From: an uncultured Burkholderiales bacterium
GTDB lineage: Bacteria; Actinomycetota; Acidimicrobiia; IMCC26256; JACPCJ01
Length of the DNA: 64,000 bases
Direction: 5' to 3'
Assembly (NCBI GenBank): GCA_964438505.1
Contig: CAYTKN010000014.1
Location: 5,041 to 69,040 of the forward strand
Shown here piece after piece: positions 9,663 through 17,493 of the stretch; the first letter of the stretch is position 1; each line of letters opens with the position of its first letter. The position numbers and the translations under genes are program-made. The notes below the pieces were generated by a model that was not told the DNA's origin, did no database searches, and saw only the letters and a program-made list of their open reading frames with translations.

Positions 9663-10444
9663 GGCCGCCGAGGCGGGCGACCCGCCACCGCGGTCTCCTC
9701 GGGCCGGACACCCCGCGCCTGCCCGGAGGCCCCCTCCGGCACCGGATCGACCAACCGAGCCCCGTCGGCGCCGGCCAGGGCGCGCAGGTCGGCCGCCTCG
9801 GCGCGGACGACCACACCGAACACGACCGGAACTCCCTCCTCGAGCCCCTCGACGGTGGCGCGCGCCGCGGCGAGGTCCACCTCGTACTGGCGCAGGAACT
9901 CCTCGCCGATCCCTTCGGGCTCCTCCAGGTACCTCGAGAGCTCCACGACCTCGCGGCGCGCCTGCGCGAGGGTGTCCTCCCTCCATGCCCGGACGTCGGC
10001 GGTCACCTCCGGCTCCGCGCCCGGCGCCGCGACCAGGTACAGACCCGGCGCCGTCCCGGCCAGCGTCCCGGTGCCGTCGACCCCGGTGCCGTCGACCCCG
10101 GTGCCGTCGACCCCGGTGCCGTCGAGGTCAGCGCCGCCGACCTCTTCCGCGGAGCGGTACTCCGTGAACGACACCACCGCGTCGCGGACGCCGCGCGCCT
10201 CCTCGAGCGCGGCGAGTCGCTCGGCCCGGTACCGGTCGAGGTCGGTGCCGGGAGCGGGACCGGGGCGGACCACCCGCTCGGGCTCCCCGCCGCCGTCCCC
10301 CGTCCCGGCCAACACGACCCCGCCGGCGACGAAGACGACGATCGCCACCAGGAGGTTGCGCACCAGCCGGTGCGGGACACCCGACCCGTCGGGAGCGTCA
10401 GGAGCGTCGGGCTCTGGCGCGGATCCCGAGCCCGGAGCGCTCAC
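9659..10444 (-). CDS. Membrane-anchored hypothetical protein with DGTGV tandem repeat
   Basis: One N-terminal TM helix (LLVAIVVFVAGGVVLAG), a coding-like acidic ectodomain and 4-nt overlaps with neighbours. No family recognised. Confidence 0.6.
   Translation of the reverse strand: MSAPGSGSAPEPDAPDAPDGSGVPHRLVRNLLVAIVVFVAGGVVLAGTGDGGGEPERVVRPGPAPGTDLDRYRAERLAALEEARGVRDAVVSFTEYRSAEEVGGADLDGTGVDGTGVDGTGVDGTGTLAGTAPGLYLVAAPGAEPEVTADVRAWREDTLAQARREVVELSRYLEEPEGIGEEFLRQYEVDLAAARATVEGLEEGVPVVFGVVVRAEAADLRALAGADGARLVDPVPEGASGQARGVRPEETAVAGRPPRRP
10070..10129. repeat. 15-bp tandem repeat x4 (GGTGCCGTCGACCCC), in frame inside CDS 9659..10444
   Basis: Read directly. It encodes (DGTGV)n on the minus strand. 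Confidence 0.9.
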
Positions 10445-11421
10445 CGGGGCTCGCTCCCGCCCCGGAGACCGACGAGCACCGACTCCAGCTCCTCGGGCAG
10501 TGGCTCCTCGACGGCGACGGCCCCACCCGTGAACGGGTGCTCGAACGAGATCCGGTGGGCGTGGAGGAACGGCCGGTCGAGTCGCAGCGAGCGACGGTCC
10601 CGCCCGTAGGCGGCGTCGCCGACCACGGGGTGGCCGATGGCCGCGAGGTGGACCCTGATCTGGTGGGTCCGTCCCGTGTCGAGGCCGACGTCGAGGAGGG
10701 CGACCGGCACCTCAGCGAACGCCTCCACGACCTCGTACACGGTGCGCGCCTCGCGCCCGCGGGGGGTGACGGCCATGCGGGTGCGCCGCCGGGTCGAGCG
10801 CCCCACCGGCGCCTCGACCGCCCCCGCCGGCGGCTCGGGCCGCCCCCACACGAGCGCCCGGTACCGCCGCTCCACCCGGCGCTGCGCCATCAGCCCCACG
10901 AGGCGCTCGTGGGCCTCGGGGGCGCCGGCGACGACGAGGAGCCCGCTGGTGCCCTTGTCGAGCCGGTGGACGATCCCCGGGCGCATGGGGTCGCCCGCCT
11001 CGGCGAGCTCCGGATACCGGGCGAGGAGCCCGTTGACGAGCGTGCCGCCCTCGTTGCCCGCCCCCGGGTGCACGACCAGACCCGCGGGCTTGTCGACCAC
11101 GAGGAGCCAGCGGTCCTCGTGGCGCACCTCGAACTCGAGGGGCTCGGGGCCCGGCGGCCGCTGGGGCTCGGGAGCGGCGGTCACCGTGACGGTCTCCCCG
11201 GCAGCGAGCCGGTGGCTCTTGGCGGCGGTGCTGCCGTCGACGAGGACCGCGCCGGCGCGCACCAGCGCCTGGACCTCGGCCCTCGACCACCCCGTGAGGA
11301 GCGCCACGGCCCGATCCAGGCGCTCACCGGCCAGCGAGTCGGTGACCGGGAACGCAGCGGGCACCGACTCGCCGGTGGCGGCGCCGTCGGAGCCACCGGT
11401 CCCGGGGTCAGCTCCGGCCAC
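10441..11421 (-). CDS. rluD: RluA-family 23S rRNA pseudouridine synthase (RluD-like, S4 domain plus catalytic domain); start uncertain (GTG at 11421, 11445 or 11460)
   Basis: HRLDKGTSGLLV catalytic motif, THQIRVH motif and an N-terminal S4-like region. The upstream part of track ORF 10441..11784 overlaps lspA out of frame. Confidence 0.85.
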   Translation of the reverse strand: MAGADPGTGGSDGAATGESVPAAFPVTDSLAGERLDRAVALLTGWSRAEVQALVRAGAVLVDGSTAAKSHRLAAGETVTVTAAPEPQRPPGPEPLEFEVRHEDRWLLVVDKPAGLVVHPGAGNEGGTLVNGLLARYPELAEAGDPMRPGIVHRLDKGTSGLLVVAGAPEAHERLVGLMAQRRVERRYRALVWGRPEPPAGAVEAPVGRSTRRRTRMAVTPRGREARTVYEVVEAFAEVPVALLDVGLDTGRTHQIRVHLAAIGHPVVGDAAYGRDRRSLRLDRPFLHAHRISFEHPFTGGAVAVEEPLPEELESVLVGLRGGSEPR

Positions 11422-12109
11422 CGGGACCTCCGCCCTCAGCGTCACCCCGCTCGGTGCCACCTGGAGCGGTGCCTCCCTCAGCGGTGCCACCGTCAGCGGT
11501 GCCGTCGGTGCCAGCCTGCGACGTGCCGTCGGTGCCACCCTGCGACGTGCCGTCGGTGCCACCCTGCGAGGTGCCGTCGTCGGGCTCGGTGGTGTCCTGC
11601 CCGCGCGCTGCGGGCCGGCCGAGCCGCCAACCCGTGAGCACCAGGATCGCGGCGCCGATCGTGATCGCCGAGTCGGCGACGTTGAAGGTCGGCCACCGGC
11701 CCACGTCGACGAAGTCGACCACGGCCCCCTCGAGGAAGCCCGGCGCCCGGAAGATCCGGTCGCCGAGGTTGCCGAGCGCGCCACCGAGGACCAGCGCCAA
11801 CGCCGTGGAGGCCAGCGGGTCCGTCTCGCGGCGCCCCATCCGGAAGATGACCACGACGAGCACCGCGGCGACGACGGCGAGGACGGGCGCGTAGCCGGTG
11901 AACAGGCTGAAGGCGCTGCCGGAGTTGCGCAGGAGCCGGAAGCGGACGGTGTCCCCGACGATCTCGACCGTCGTCCCGTCGGCGAGGGCGCTCGCCGCCC
12001 AGGCCTTGGAGAGCTGGTCGGCGACGAGGACCGCCCCGGCCACGAGGCCGAGACGGCCGAGCGACCGCGCCGGGGCGCCTACCGGCGTCGTTCCTGAAGG
12101 GACTTGCAC
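11408..12109 (-). CDS. lspA: Lipoprotein signal peptidase II with C-terminal Asp/Gly/Thr repeat tail (start uncertain)
   Basis: NSGSAFS and FNVADSAI motifs and 4 TM segments. Candidate GTG start at 12109 overlaps the end of the upstream dksA-like gene. Confidence 0.85.
   Translation of the reverse strand: MQVPSGTTPVGAPARSLGRLGLVAGAVLVADQLSKAWAASALADGTTVEIVGDTVRFRLLRNSGSAFSLFTGYAPVLAVVAAVLVVVIFRMGRRETDPLASTALALVLGGALGNLGDRIFRAPGFLEGAVVDFVDVGRWPTFNVADSAITIGAAILVLTGWRLGRPAARGQDTTEPDDGTSQGGTDGTSQGGTDGTSQAGTDGTADGGTAEGGTAPGGTERGDAEGGGPGGRS
11499..11570. repeat. 24-bp tandem repeat x3 in the lspA 3' tail
   Basis: GTGCCGTCGGTGCCACCCTGCGAC units. They encode (DGTSQGGT)3 on the minus strand. Confidence 0.9.
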
Positions 12110-12870
12110 TCGATGCAGAGCAGCGCCTGCGGCACCGCCTCGAGGCGCGCCACCGGGATGCTCTTCCCGCACCGGTCGCAGACGCCGTACGTGCCGGCGT
12201 CGATCCGTGCGAGCGCGGCGTCGATCTCCTCGACGGCGGCCCGGGCCGCCGTCGAGAGCGCGATGTCTCGCTCACGCTCGACGTTGATGGTGTCGCCCTC
12301 CCCCGACTCCTCGTCGAACTGGGTGTCGCCCGGCTCGCGGTCCGCCATGAGGGCCTCGGCCTCGGCGGCGAGCTCCTCGGCCTGGCGGACGTAGGTCTCG
12401 CGCTCCTCCTCGAGCCGCCCCCTCAGCTTGTCGAGCGTGCGCGCCGCGATCGGGCTCTTCCGCTTGCCCTGCTTCGCGGCCGGGGCGGCGCTCTTCTTCT
12501 TCTTCTTCTTGGCGGTGGTCTTGCTCACGGTCCGTCGCTTCGACTGGTCCTTCGATCGCTTCTGCTTCGACGTGCTCTGCTTCGACTTGCTCTGCTTCGT
12601 CTGCTTCGTCTGCTTCGAGGACTTCCGGGAGCTCGTGCGTCCGGTCGACCCCGCCCCCTTCGAGTCGGCAGTGCCCCCCTTCGAGGGACCCCCCTTCGAG
12701 GGACCCCCCTTCGACTTGCCCTGCTTCGCGTCCTTGGCCTGCTTCGCGTCCTTGGCCTGCTTGCCCTGTTTGCCCTGCTTCTTTTGGCTCTTCTGCCCGG
12801 AGGCCGCCCGCCCGGACGCCTCCGACGCGCCCGAGGACTTCCGCTTCGAGTTGGAACGCGATCTCGGCAT
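12079..12870 (-). CDS. TraR/DksA-family C4 zinc-finger protein with ~150-aa Lys/Ser/Gln-rich N-terminal extension
   Basis: C-terminus CDRCGKSIPVARLEAVPQALLCIECK preceded by a coiled-coil region. ATG at 12870 is preceded by GAGGGAAG. The N-terminal half is KQGKQGKQAKDAKQ / KGGPSKGGPS / SKQTKQTKQ repeats. Confidence 0.8.
   Translation of the reverse strand: MPRSRSNSKRKSSGASEASGRAASGQKSQKKQGKQGKQAKDAKQAKDAKQGKSKGGPSKGGPSKGGTADSKGAGSTGRTSSRKSSKQTKQTKQSKSKQSTSKQKRSKDQSKRRTVSKTTAKKKKKKSAAPAAKQGKRKSPIAARTLDKLRGRLEEERETYVRQAEELAAEAEALMADREPGDTQFDEESGEGDTINVERERDIALSTAARAAVEEIDAALARIDAGTYGVCDRCGKSIPVARLEAVPQALLCIECKSLQERRR
12674..12783. repeat. Nested tandem repeats (15-, 18- and 9-bp units) encoding the Lys-rich tail
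   Basis: CCCCCCTTCGAGGGA x2.5, CTGCTTCGCGTCCTTGGC x2 and CTGYTTGCC x3, read on the plus strand. Confidence 0.85.
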
Positions 12871-12937
12871 GGAATCTTCCCTCGCTCCGAAGGCCGCGGA
12901 TGGTATCACCGGCCGCGGAGGCGCTCGACGACCACGA

Positions 12938-13270
12938 TCACGTGGGCCGGGGACGATCCTCCGGTGTCACCAACAGGTGGAGGCGCCGCTGGAAGTCCTC
13001 GGTGTCCACCGCTCCCAGCCGGAAGCGCTTCGACCGCGACCCCTCCCCCGCCTCGACGCTCACCTGCCGGTCCTTCAGCCCGAACGTCTCCGCCAGCAGG
13101 CCGCGTGCCGCGTCGTTGGCGCGTCCGCCGACGGGCGGAGCGGCCACGCGCAGCTTGAGCGAGTCCCCGTGACGGCCGACCACGGTGCTGCGTCCGGCCC
13201 CGGGGGACACCTGGACCCGCAGCACCACGTCGTCCCCGTCGATCTCGTAGAGGGAGCCGAGCTCGACCAT
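12938..13270 (-). CDS. DUF167 (YggU-like) family protein
   Basis: 110-aa ORF MVELGSLYEIDGDDVVLRVQVSPGAGRS..LKLRVAAPPVGGRANDA..., the typical DUF167 pattern. It is the 3' end of a long spurious track ORF. Confidence 0.8.
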   Translation of the reverse strand: MVELGSLYEIDGDDVVLRVQVSPGAGRSTVVGRHGDSLKLRVAAPPVGGRANDAARGLLAETFGLKDRQVSVEAGEGSRSKRFRLGAVDTEDFQRRLHLLVTPEDRPRPT

Positions 13271-13275
13271 CCCGG

Positions 13276-13281
13276 TAGTGT
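13276..13281 (+). promoter_or_regulatory. Candidate -10 hexamer (TAGTGT) for a leaderless ileS transcript
   Basis: TANNNT hexamer ends 7 nt before the ileS ATG. Only 18 bp separate ileS from the divergent DUF167 gene. Confidence 0.4.
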
Positions 13282-13288
13282 ACGAGCC

Positions 13289-16200
13289 ATGCCCCTCGAA
13301 CCGGTGCACAACGAGCTCGACCTCCCCGCGCTCGAGGAGCGGGTCCTCGCCAGGTGGCGGGACGGAGACGTGTTCGCCCGCAGCGTGGAGCGGCGCGAGG
13401 GAGCCGAGCCCTGGGTGTTCTACGAGGGGCCCCCGACCGCGAACGGGCGGCCCGGCATCCACCACGCGTGGGCGCGCTGCTTCAAGGACCTGTTCCCCCG
13501 CTTCCACACCATGCGCGGACGCTACGTGACCCGCAAGGCGGGCTGGGACTGCCACGGCCTGCCGGTCGAGGTGGAGATCGAGAAGGAGCTCGGCCTCTCC
13601 TCCAAGGCGGAGATCGAGGAGTACGGGATCGGCGAGTTCAACCGCCGCTGCCGCGAGTCGGTCCAGCGCTACGTCGAGGACTGGGGCGCGTTGACCACGC
13701 GCATCGGCATGTGGCTCGACATGGACGACGCCTACTGGACGCTCACCAACGACTTCATCGAGAGCGTCTGGTGGCACCTCCGGCAGATGTGGGACCAGGA
13801 CCTCCTCTACGAGGGCTTCAAGGTCGTCCCGTACTGCGCCCGGTGCGGCACGGCTCTCTCCAGCCACGAGCTCGGCCAGCCCGGCGCCTACCGCGAGGTG
13901 ATCGACGAGTCGGTCTACGTGCGCTTCCCGGCGCTGGGCGCCGACTTCGACCTGCTCGTCTGGACGACCACCCCGTGGACGCTGATCTCCAACGTCGCCG
14001 CCGCGGTCGGTCCCCACGTCCGCTACGTGCGGGTCGCCGTGGAGGGGCGCCGCGACGTGGTCATGGCCGCCGACCGGGTCGCGTCGGTCGACGGCGACGA
14101 CGCGGCCGTGGTCGGCGACGTCGGGGCCGCGGAGCTCGTCGGGCTGCGCTACGAGCGCCCCTTCGACTTCCTCGACCTCGCGGACGACGCCGCACGGGTC
14201 GTCGAAGCGGGGTTCGTCACCACCGAGGACGGGACCGGCATCGTCCACCTGGCCCCCGCCTTCGGCGAGGTCGACCGGGAGGTCGCCGACGCGGAGGGCC
14301 TCCCCACGCTGAACCCGGTGGGCGCCGACGGCTGCTTCACCGACGCCGTCCCGCCCCACGCCGGGACCTTCGTGAAGGACGCCGACGAGGGCATCACCCG
14401 CCGGCTCGACGAGGCCGGCAAGCTCGAGACGGTCGAGCGCTACGCGCACAGCTACCCGCACTGCTGGCGGTGCGACACCCCCCTCGTCTACTGGTCGAAG
14501 CCGTCCTGGTTCGTGCGGACGACCGCTCGGCGCGACGCCATGCTCGAGCAGAACGAGACGATCGGCTGGCACCCCGGCCACCTCAAACACGGCCGGTTCG
14601 GCGACTGGCTGGAGAACAACGTCGACTGGGCGCTGTCCCGCGACCGCTTCTGGGGCACGCCGCTGCCGGTCTGGCGGTGCGACGACGGCCACGACACCTG
14701 CGTGGGCTCGGTGGCCGAGCTCTCGGAGCTCTCGGGGACCGACCAGTCGGACCTCGACCTCCACCGACCCGCCGTCGACGAGGTCCTCCTCGCCTGCCCC
14801 CACGAGGGATGCGGCACGCGCGCTCGTCGCCTCGAGCCCGTCCTCGACGCCTGGTTCGACTCCGGCGCGATGCCGGCGTCGCAGTTCCACCACCCCTTCG
14901 AGCAGGCGGACCTCTTCGAGCGGCGGTTCCCCGCCGACTTCATCTGCGAGGCCATCGACCAGACGCGGGGTTGGTTCTACTCCCTCCTCGCGGTGAACAC
15001 CCTCGTGTTCGGCTCCACGCCCTACCGCGACGTGGTCTGCCTCGCCCACGTGGTCGACAAGGACGGCCAGAAGATGTCGAAGTCGCGGGGCAACGTGATC
15101 GACCCCTGGGACGTCCTCCGCTCGCGCGGCGCCGACGCCCTCCGCTGGTACTTCTTCTCGTCGGGGTCTCCGTGGACCAACCGCCGCGTCTACGAGGAGG
15201 GCATCGACGAGTCGGTGCGCAAGTTCCTCCTGACGCTGTGGAACACCTACGCCTTCGCGGTGACCTACGCGAACCTCGACGGCTGGTCTCCCGGCGACAG
15301 CCGACCGGGAGACCACGTCCTCGACCGCTGGGCGATCTCGCGGCTCCACTCCACGATCGCGGACGCCACCGAGGCGCTCGAGGGCTTCGACGCGCTCCGC
15401 GGCGCCCAGGCGCTCGAGCGCCTCGTCGACGACCTCTCGAACTGGTACGTGCGCCGCTCCCGGCCGCGGTTCTGGAACACGAGTGGGTCGGACGACCACA
15501 GCGCGCACGCCACCCTCCACACGTGCCTGGTCACCCTGACCAAGCTCCTGGCACCCTTCTGCCCGTTCGTCGCCGACGACATCCACGCCAACCTGGCTCC
15601 GGAGGGCTCCGACTCGGTCCACCTCGAGGACTGGCCCGAGGCCGATCCCTCCGCGATCGACGCAGCGCTCGAGGCCGAGATGGCCCTGGCCCGCCGCCTC
15701 GTGCAGCTCGGGCGTGCCGCCCGCACCGACGCCCGGATCAAGACCCGCCAGCCGCTCCCCCGGGCGCTGCTGCTCGCGGACGGCGCGCTGTCACCGGAGA
15801 CCCGCGAGGAGGTCGCCCGCGAGCTCAACGTCAAGTCCGTCGAGATCGTCGACTCCCTCGAGGGCCTCATCCACGAGTCGGTCGTCCCCAACTTCCGAGC
15901 GCTCGGGCCGCGCCTCGGAGCGCGGATGCCCCGGGTCAAGGAAGCGCTGGACGCCACCGACGGACGGGACGTCCGAGACACCCTCGAGGCCGACGGCGTC
16001 TACCGCCTCGAGCTCGACGGCGAGACCGTGGAGCTCGGCCCCGACGACGTCGAGATCCGCGCCGAGGAGCACGAGGAGCTCGCGCTGGCCCAGGAGGGCT
16101 CCTGCGCGGTGGCGCTCGACCTCGAGGTCGACGAGGAGCTCCGCCTCGAGGGACTCGCCCGCGAGGTGGTCCGGGCGCTCAACGACCACCGCAAGGCGAT

Positions 16201-16399
16201 CGGTCTCGACATCTCCGACCGGATCCGCGTCACCCTCGCCCCGCGGGGGCCGGTGGGCGACGCGCTGGAGCGCCACGGAGACTGGGTGGCCGGCGAGGTC
16301 CTCGCCGAGGAGTGGCGGGTCTCCGCGGGCGCCGACGACGGCTTCACCGAGCTCGAGGTCGAGGGATCGCCGCTCGGCGTGCACGTCGAGCGGCTCTGA
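13289..16399 (+). CDS. ileS: Isoleucine--tRNA ligase (type 2)
   Basis: HIGH region PPTANGRPGIHHA, KMSKS region GQKMSKSRGN, editing domain; 1036 aa from ATG 13289. Confidence 0.97.
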   Translation: MPLEPVHNELDLPALEERVLARWRDGDVFARSVERREGAEPWVFYEGPPTANGRPGIHHAWARCFKDLFPRFHTMRGRYVTRKAGWDCHGLPVEVEIEKELGLSSKAEIEEYGIGEFNRRCRESVQRYVEDWGALTTRIGMWLDMDDAYWTLTNDFIESVWWHLRQMWDQDLLYEGFKVVPYCARCGTALSSHELGQPGAYREVIDESVYVRFPALGADFDLLVWTTTPWTLISNVAAAVGPHVRYVRVAVEGRRDVVMAADRVASVDGDDAAVVGDVGAAELVGLRYERPFDFLDLADDAARVVEAGFVTTEDGTGIVHLAPAFGEVDREVADAEGLPTLNPVGADGCFTDAVPPHAGTFVKDADEGITRRLDEAGKLETVERYAHSYPHCWRCDTPLVYWSKPSWFVRTTARRDAMLEQNETIGWHPGHLKHGRFGDWLENNVDWALSRDRFWGTPLPVWRCDDGHDTCVGSVAELSELSGTDQSDLDLHRPAVDEVLLACPHEGCGTRARRLEPVLDAWFDSGAMPASQFHHPFEQADLFERRFPADFICEAIDQTRGWFYSLLAVNTLVFGSTPYRDVVCLAHVVDKDGQKMSKSRGNVIDPWDVLRSRGADALRWYFFSSGSPWTNRRVYEEGIDESVRKFLLTLWNTYAFAVTYANLDGWSPGDSRPGDHVLDRWAISRLHSTIADATEALEGFDALRGAQALERLVDDLSNWYVRRSRPRFWNTSGSDDHSAHATLHTCLVTLTKLLAPFCPFVADDIHANLAPEGSDSVHLEDWPEADPSAIDAALEAEMALARRLVQLGRAARTDARIKTRQPLPRALLLADGALSPETREEVARELNVKSVEIVDSLEGLIHESVVPNFRALGPRLGARMPRVKEALDATDGRDVRDTLEADGVYRLELDGETVELGPDDVEIRAEEHEELALAQEGSCAVALDLEVDEELRLEGLAREVVRALNDHRKAIGLDISDRIRVTLAPRGPVGDALERHGDWVAGEVLAEEWRVSAGADDGFTELEVEGSPLGVHVERL

Positions 16400-16445
16400 G
16401 CCCGACACCACCCGAGCGCCCACTTCCTGTGTGTGCACAGGGTCG

Positions 16446-17411
16446 CTAGCGGCTCGCCAGCTCCGACTCGATCTTGTTCAGCACGCCCTTGCGGTTCTTC
16501 TTGCGCTTCTCGTACGTGCGCACCTGCTTGAGCTCGGCCGCGCCCAGCTTCTCCAGCCGCTTGCTCACGTCGGGGACGGTGAGGTCGTCGTAGCCCGCGA
16601 TCGGGAACTCGGCGCTCTTCTTCGCGGACCCGGACCGCTTCGACGAGCCGGACTTCTTGGTGGACCCGGACCTCTTGGATCCCGCGGAGCTCTTCTTCGC
16701 GGACCCGGACCTCTTGGCCGCGGTCGACTTGGCCGGCGCCGCCGCCACGGGCTCCCGACCGAGCAGCTCGTCGACGCGGCCGAGGACGGTGGCGCGCGCC
16801 TTGCCGGCCTCCTCGCGCTCGCGGACCATCTCCAGCTCGTCGTCGTCGAGCTCGGGCAGCAACGGCACGATCTCGCTCACCCGCAGGTCGTCGTAGTCCG
16901 CGATCGGGAAGTACTCCTCGTCCTCGAGCGGCTCCTCCTCGAGGGGCTCCTCGAGCAGCTCGTCGACGCGGCCGAGGACGGTGGCGCGCGCCTTGCCGGC
17001 CTCCTCGCGCTCGCGGACCATCTCCAGCTCGTCGTCGTCGAGCTCGGGCAGCAACGGCACGATCTCGCTCACCCGCAGGTCGTCGTAGTCCGCGATCGGG
17101 AAGTACTCCTCGTCCTCGAGGGACTCCTCCTCGGTGGCGTCCCGGTCGCCCGTGGCCACCGCCGCGGCCGGAGCCGCCGCGGCTGTCGACCCGGCCGGCT
17201 CGGGGGCCGCCTCACCTGCCGTCGCCGCTCCCGCACCGGCCATCGCCTCGGCCTGCGGACGATCGCGGAGCACGGTGAGGATCAAGAAGACACCCGCCAA
17301 GAAGCTCGCGACGATCGACACGATCACGAGCGGGAGGCCCGAGCTCAGGAGACCGATCACGAGCGTGACCGCCGCGATGATCACCAGGACGAGGCTCACG
17401 TAGAAGAACAC
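16446..17411 (-). CDS. Membrane protein with three copies of a ~50-aa FPIA(D/G)YDDL...helical motif (two copies identical)
   Basis: GTG start preceded by GAAGGAGG. There are 2 N-terminal TM helices. Repeats EEYFPIADYDDLRVSEIVPLLPELDDDELEMVREREEAGKARATVLGRVDELL x2, plus a diverged third copy after a Lys/Ser-rich linker. Confidence 0.75.
   Translation of the reverse strand: MFFYVSLVLVIIAAVTLVIGLLSSGLPLVIVSIVASFLAGVFLILTVLRDRPQAEAMAGAGAATAGEAAPEPAGSTAAAAPAAAVATGDRDATEEESLEDEEYFPIADYDDLRVSEIVPLLPELDDDELEMVREREEAGKARATVLGRVDELLEEPLEEEPLEDEEYFPIADYDDLRVSEIVPLLPELDDDELEMVREREEAGKARATVLGRVDELLGREPVAAAPAKSTAAKRSGSAKKSSAGSKRSGSTKKSGSSKRSGSAKKSAEFPIAGYDDLTVPDVSKRLEKLGAAELKQVRTYEKRKKNRKGVLNKIESELASR
16760..17120. 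repeat. Apparently identical 169-bp direct repeat (16760-16928 and 16952-17120) with 23-bp spacer
   Basis: Identical translations appear in two different frames of the ORF track (minus and plus). The DNA read is the same in both copies. Confidence 0.9.
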
Positions 17412-17493
17412 AACAGCGCCCTCCTTCAGGGTGTCGAGACGCGGTGCATCCTAGTCACAGCGCACGCGCCCACCGGAGTCCGGGCCCCGCCGC

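Noticed and set aside
12428-13288. N-terminal 287 codons of the track ORF that contains ileS (Phe/Cys/Leu-rich).
   Set aside because: This part is the antisense of the Lys-rich dksA-like tail and of the DUF167 gene. IleRS homology starts at MPLEPVHNELD (ATG 13289).
13271-13288. T-box or other riboswitch leader upstream of ileS.
   Set aside because: Only 18 bp of intergenic DNA are available, so no leader structure can fit. Reported instead as a probable leaderless start.
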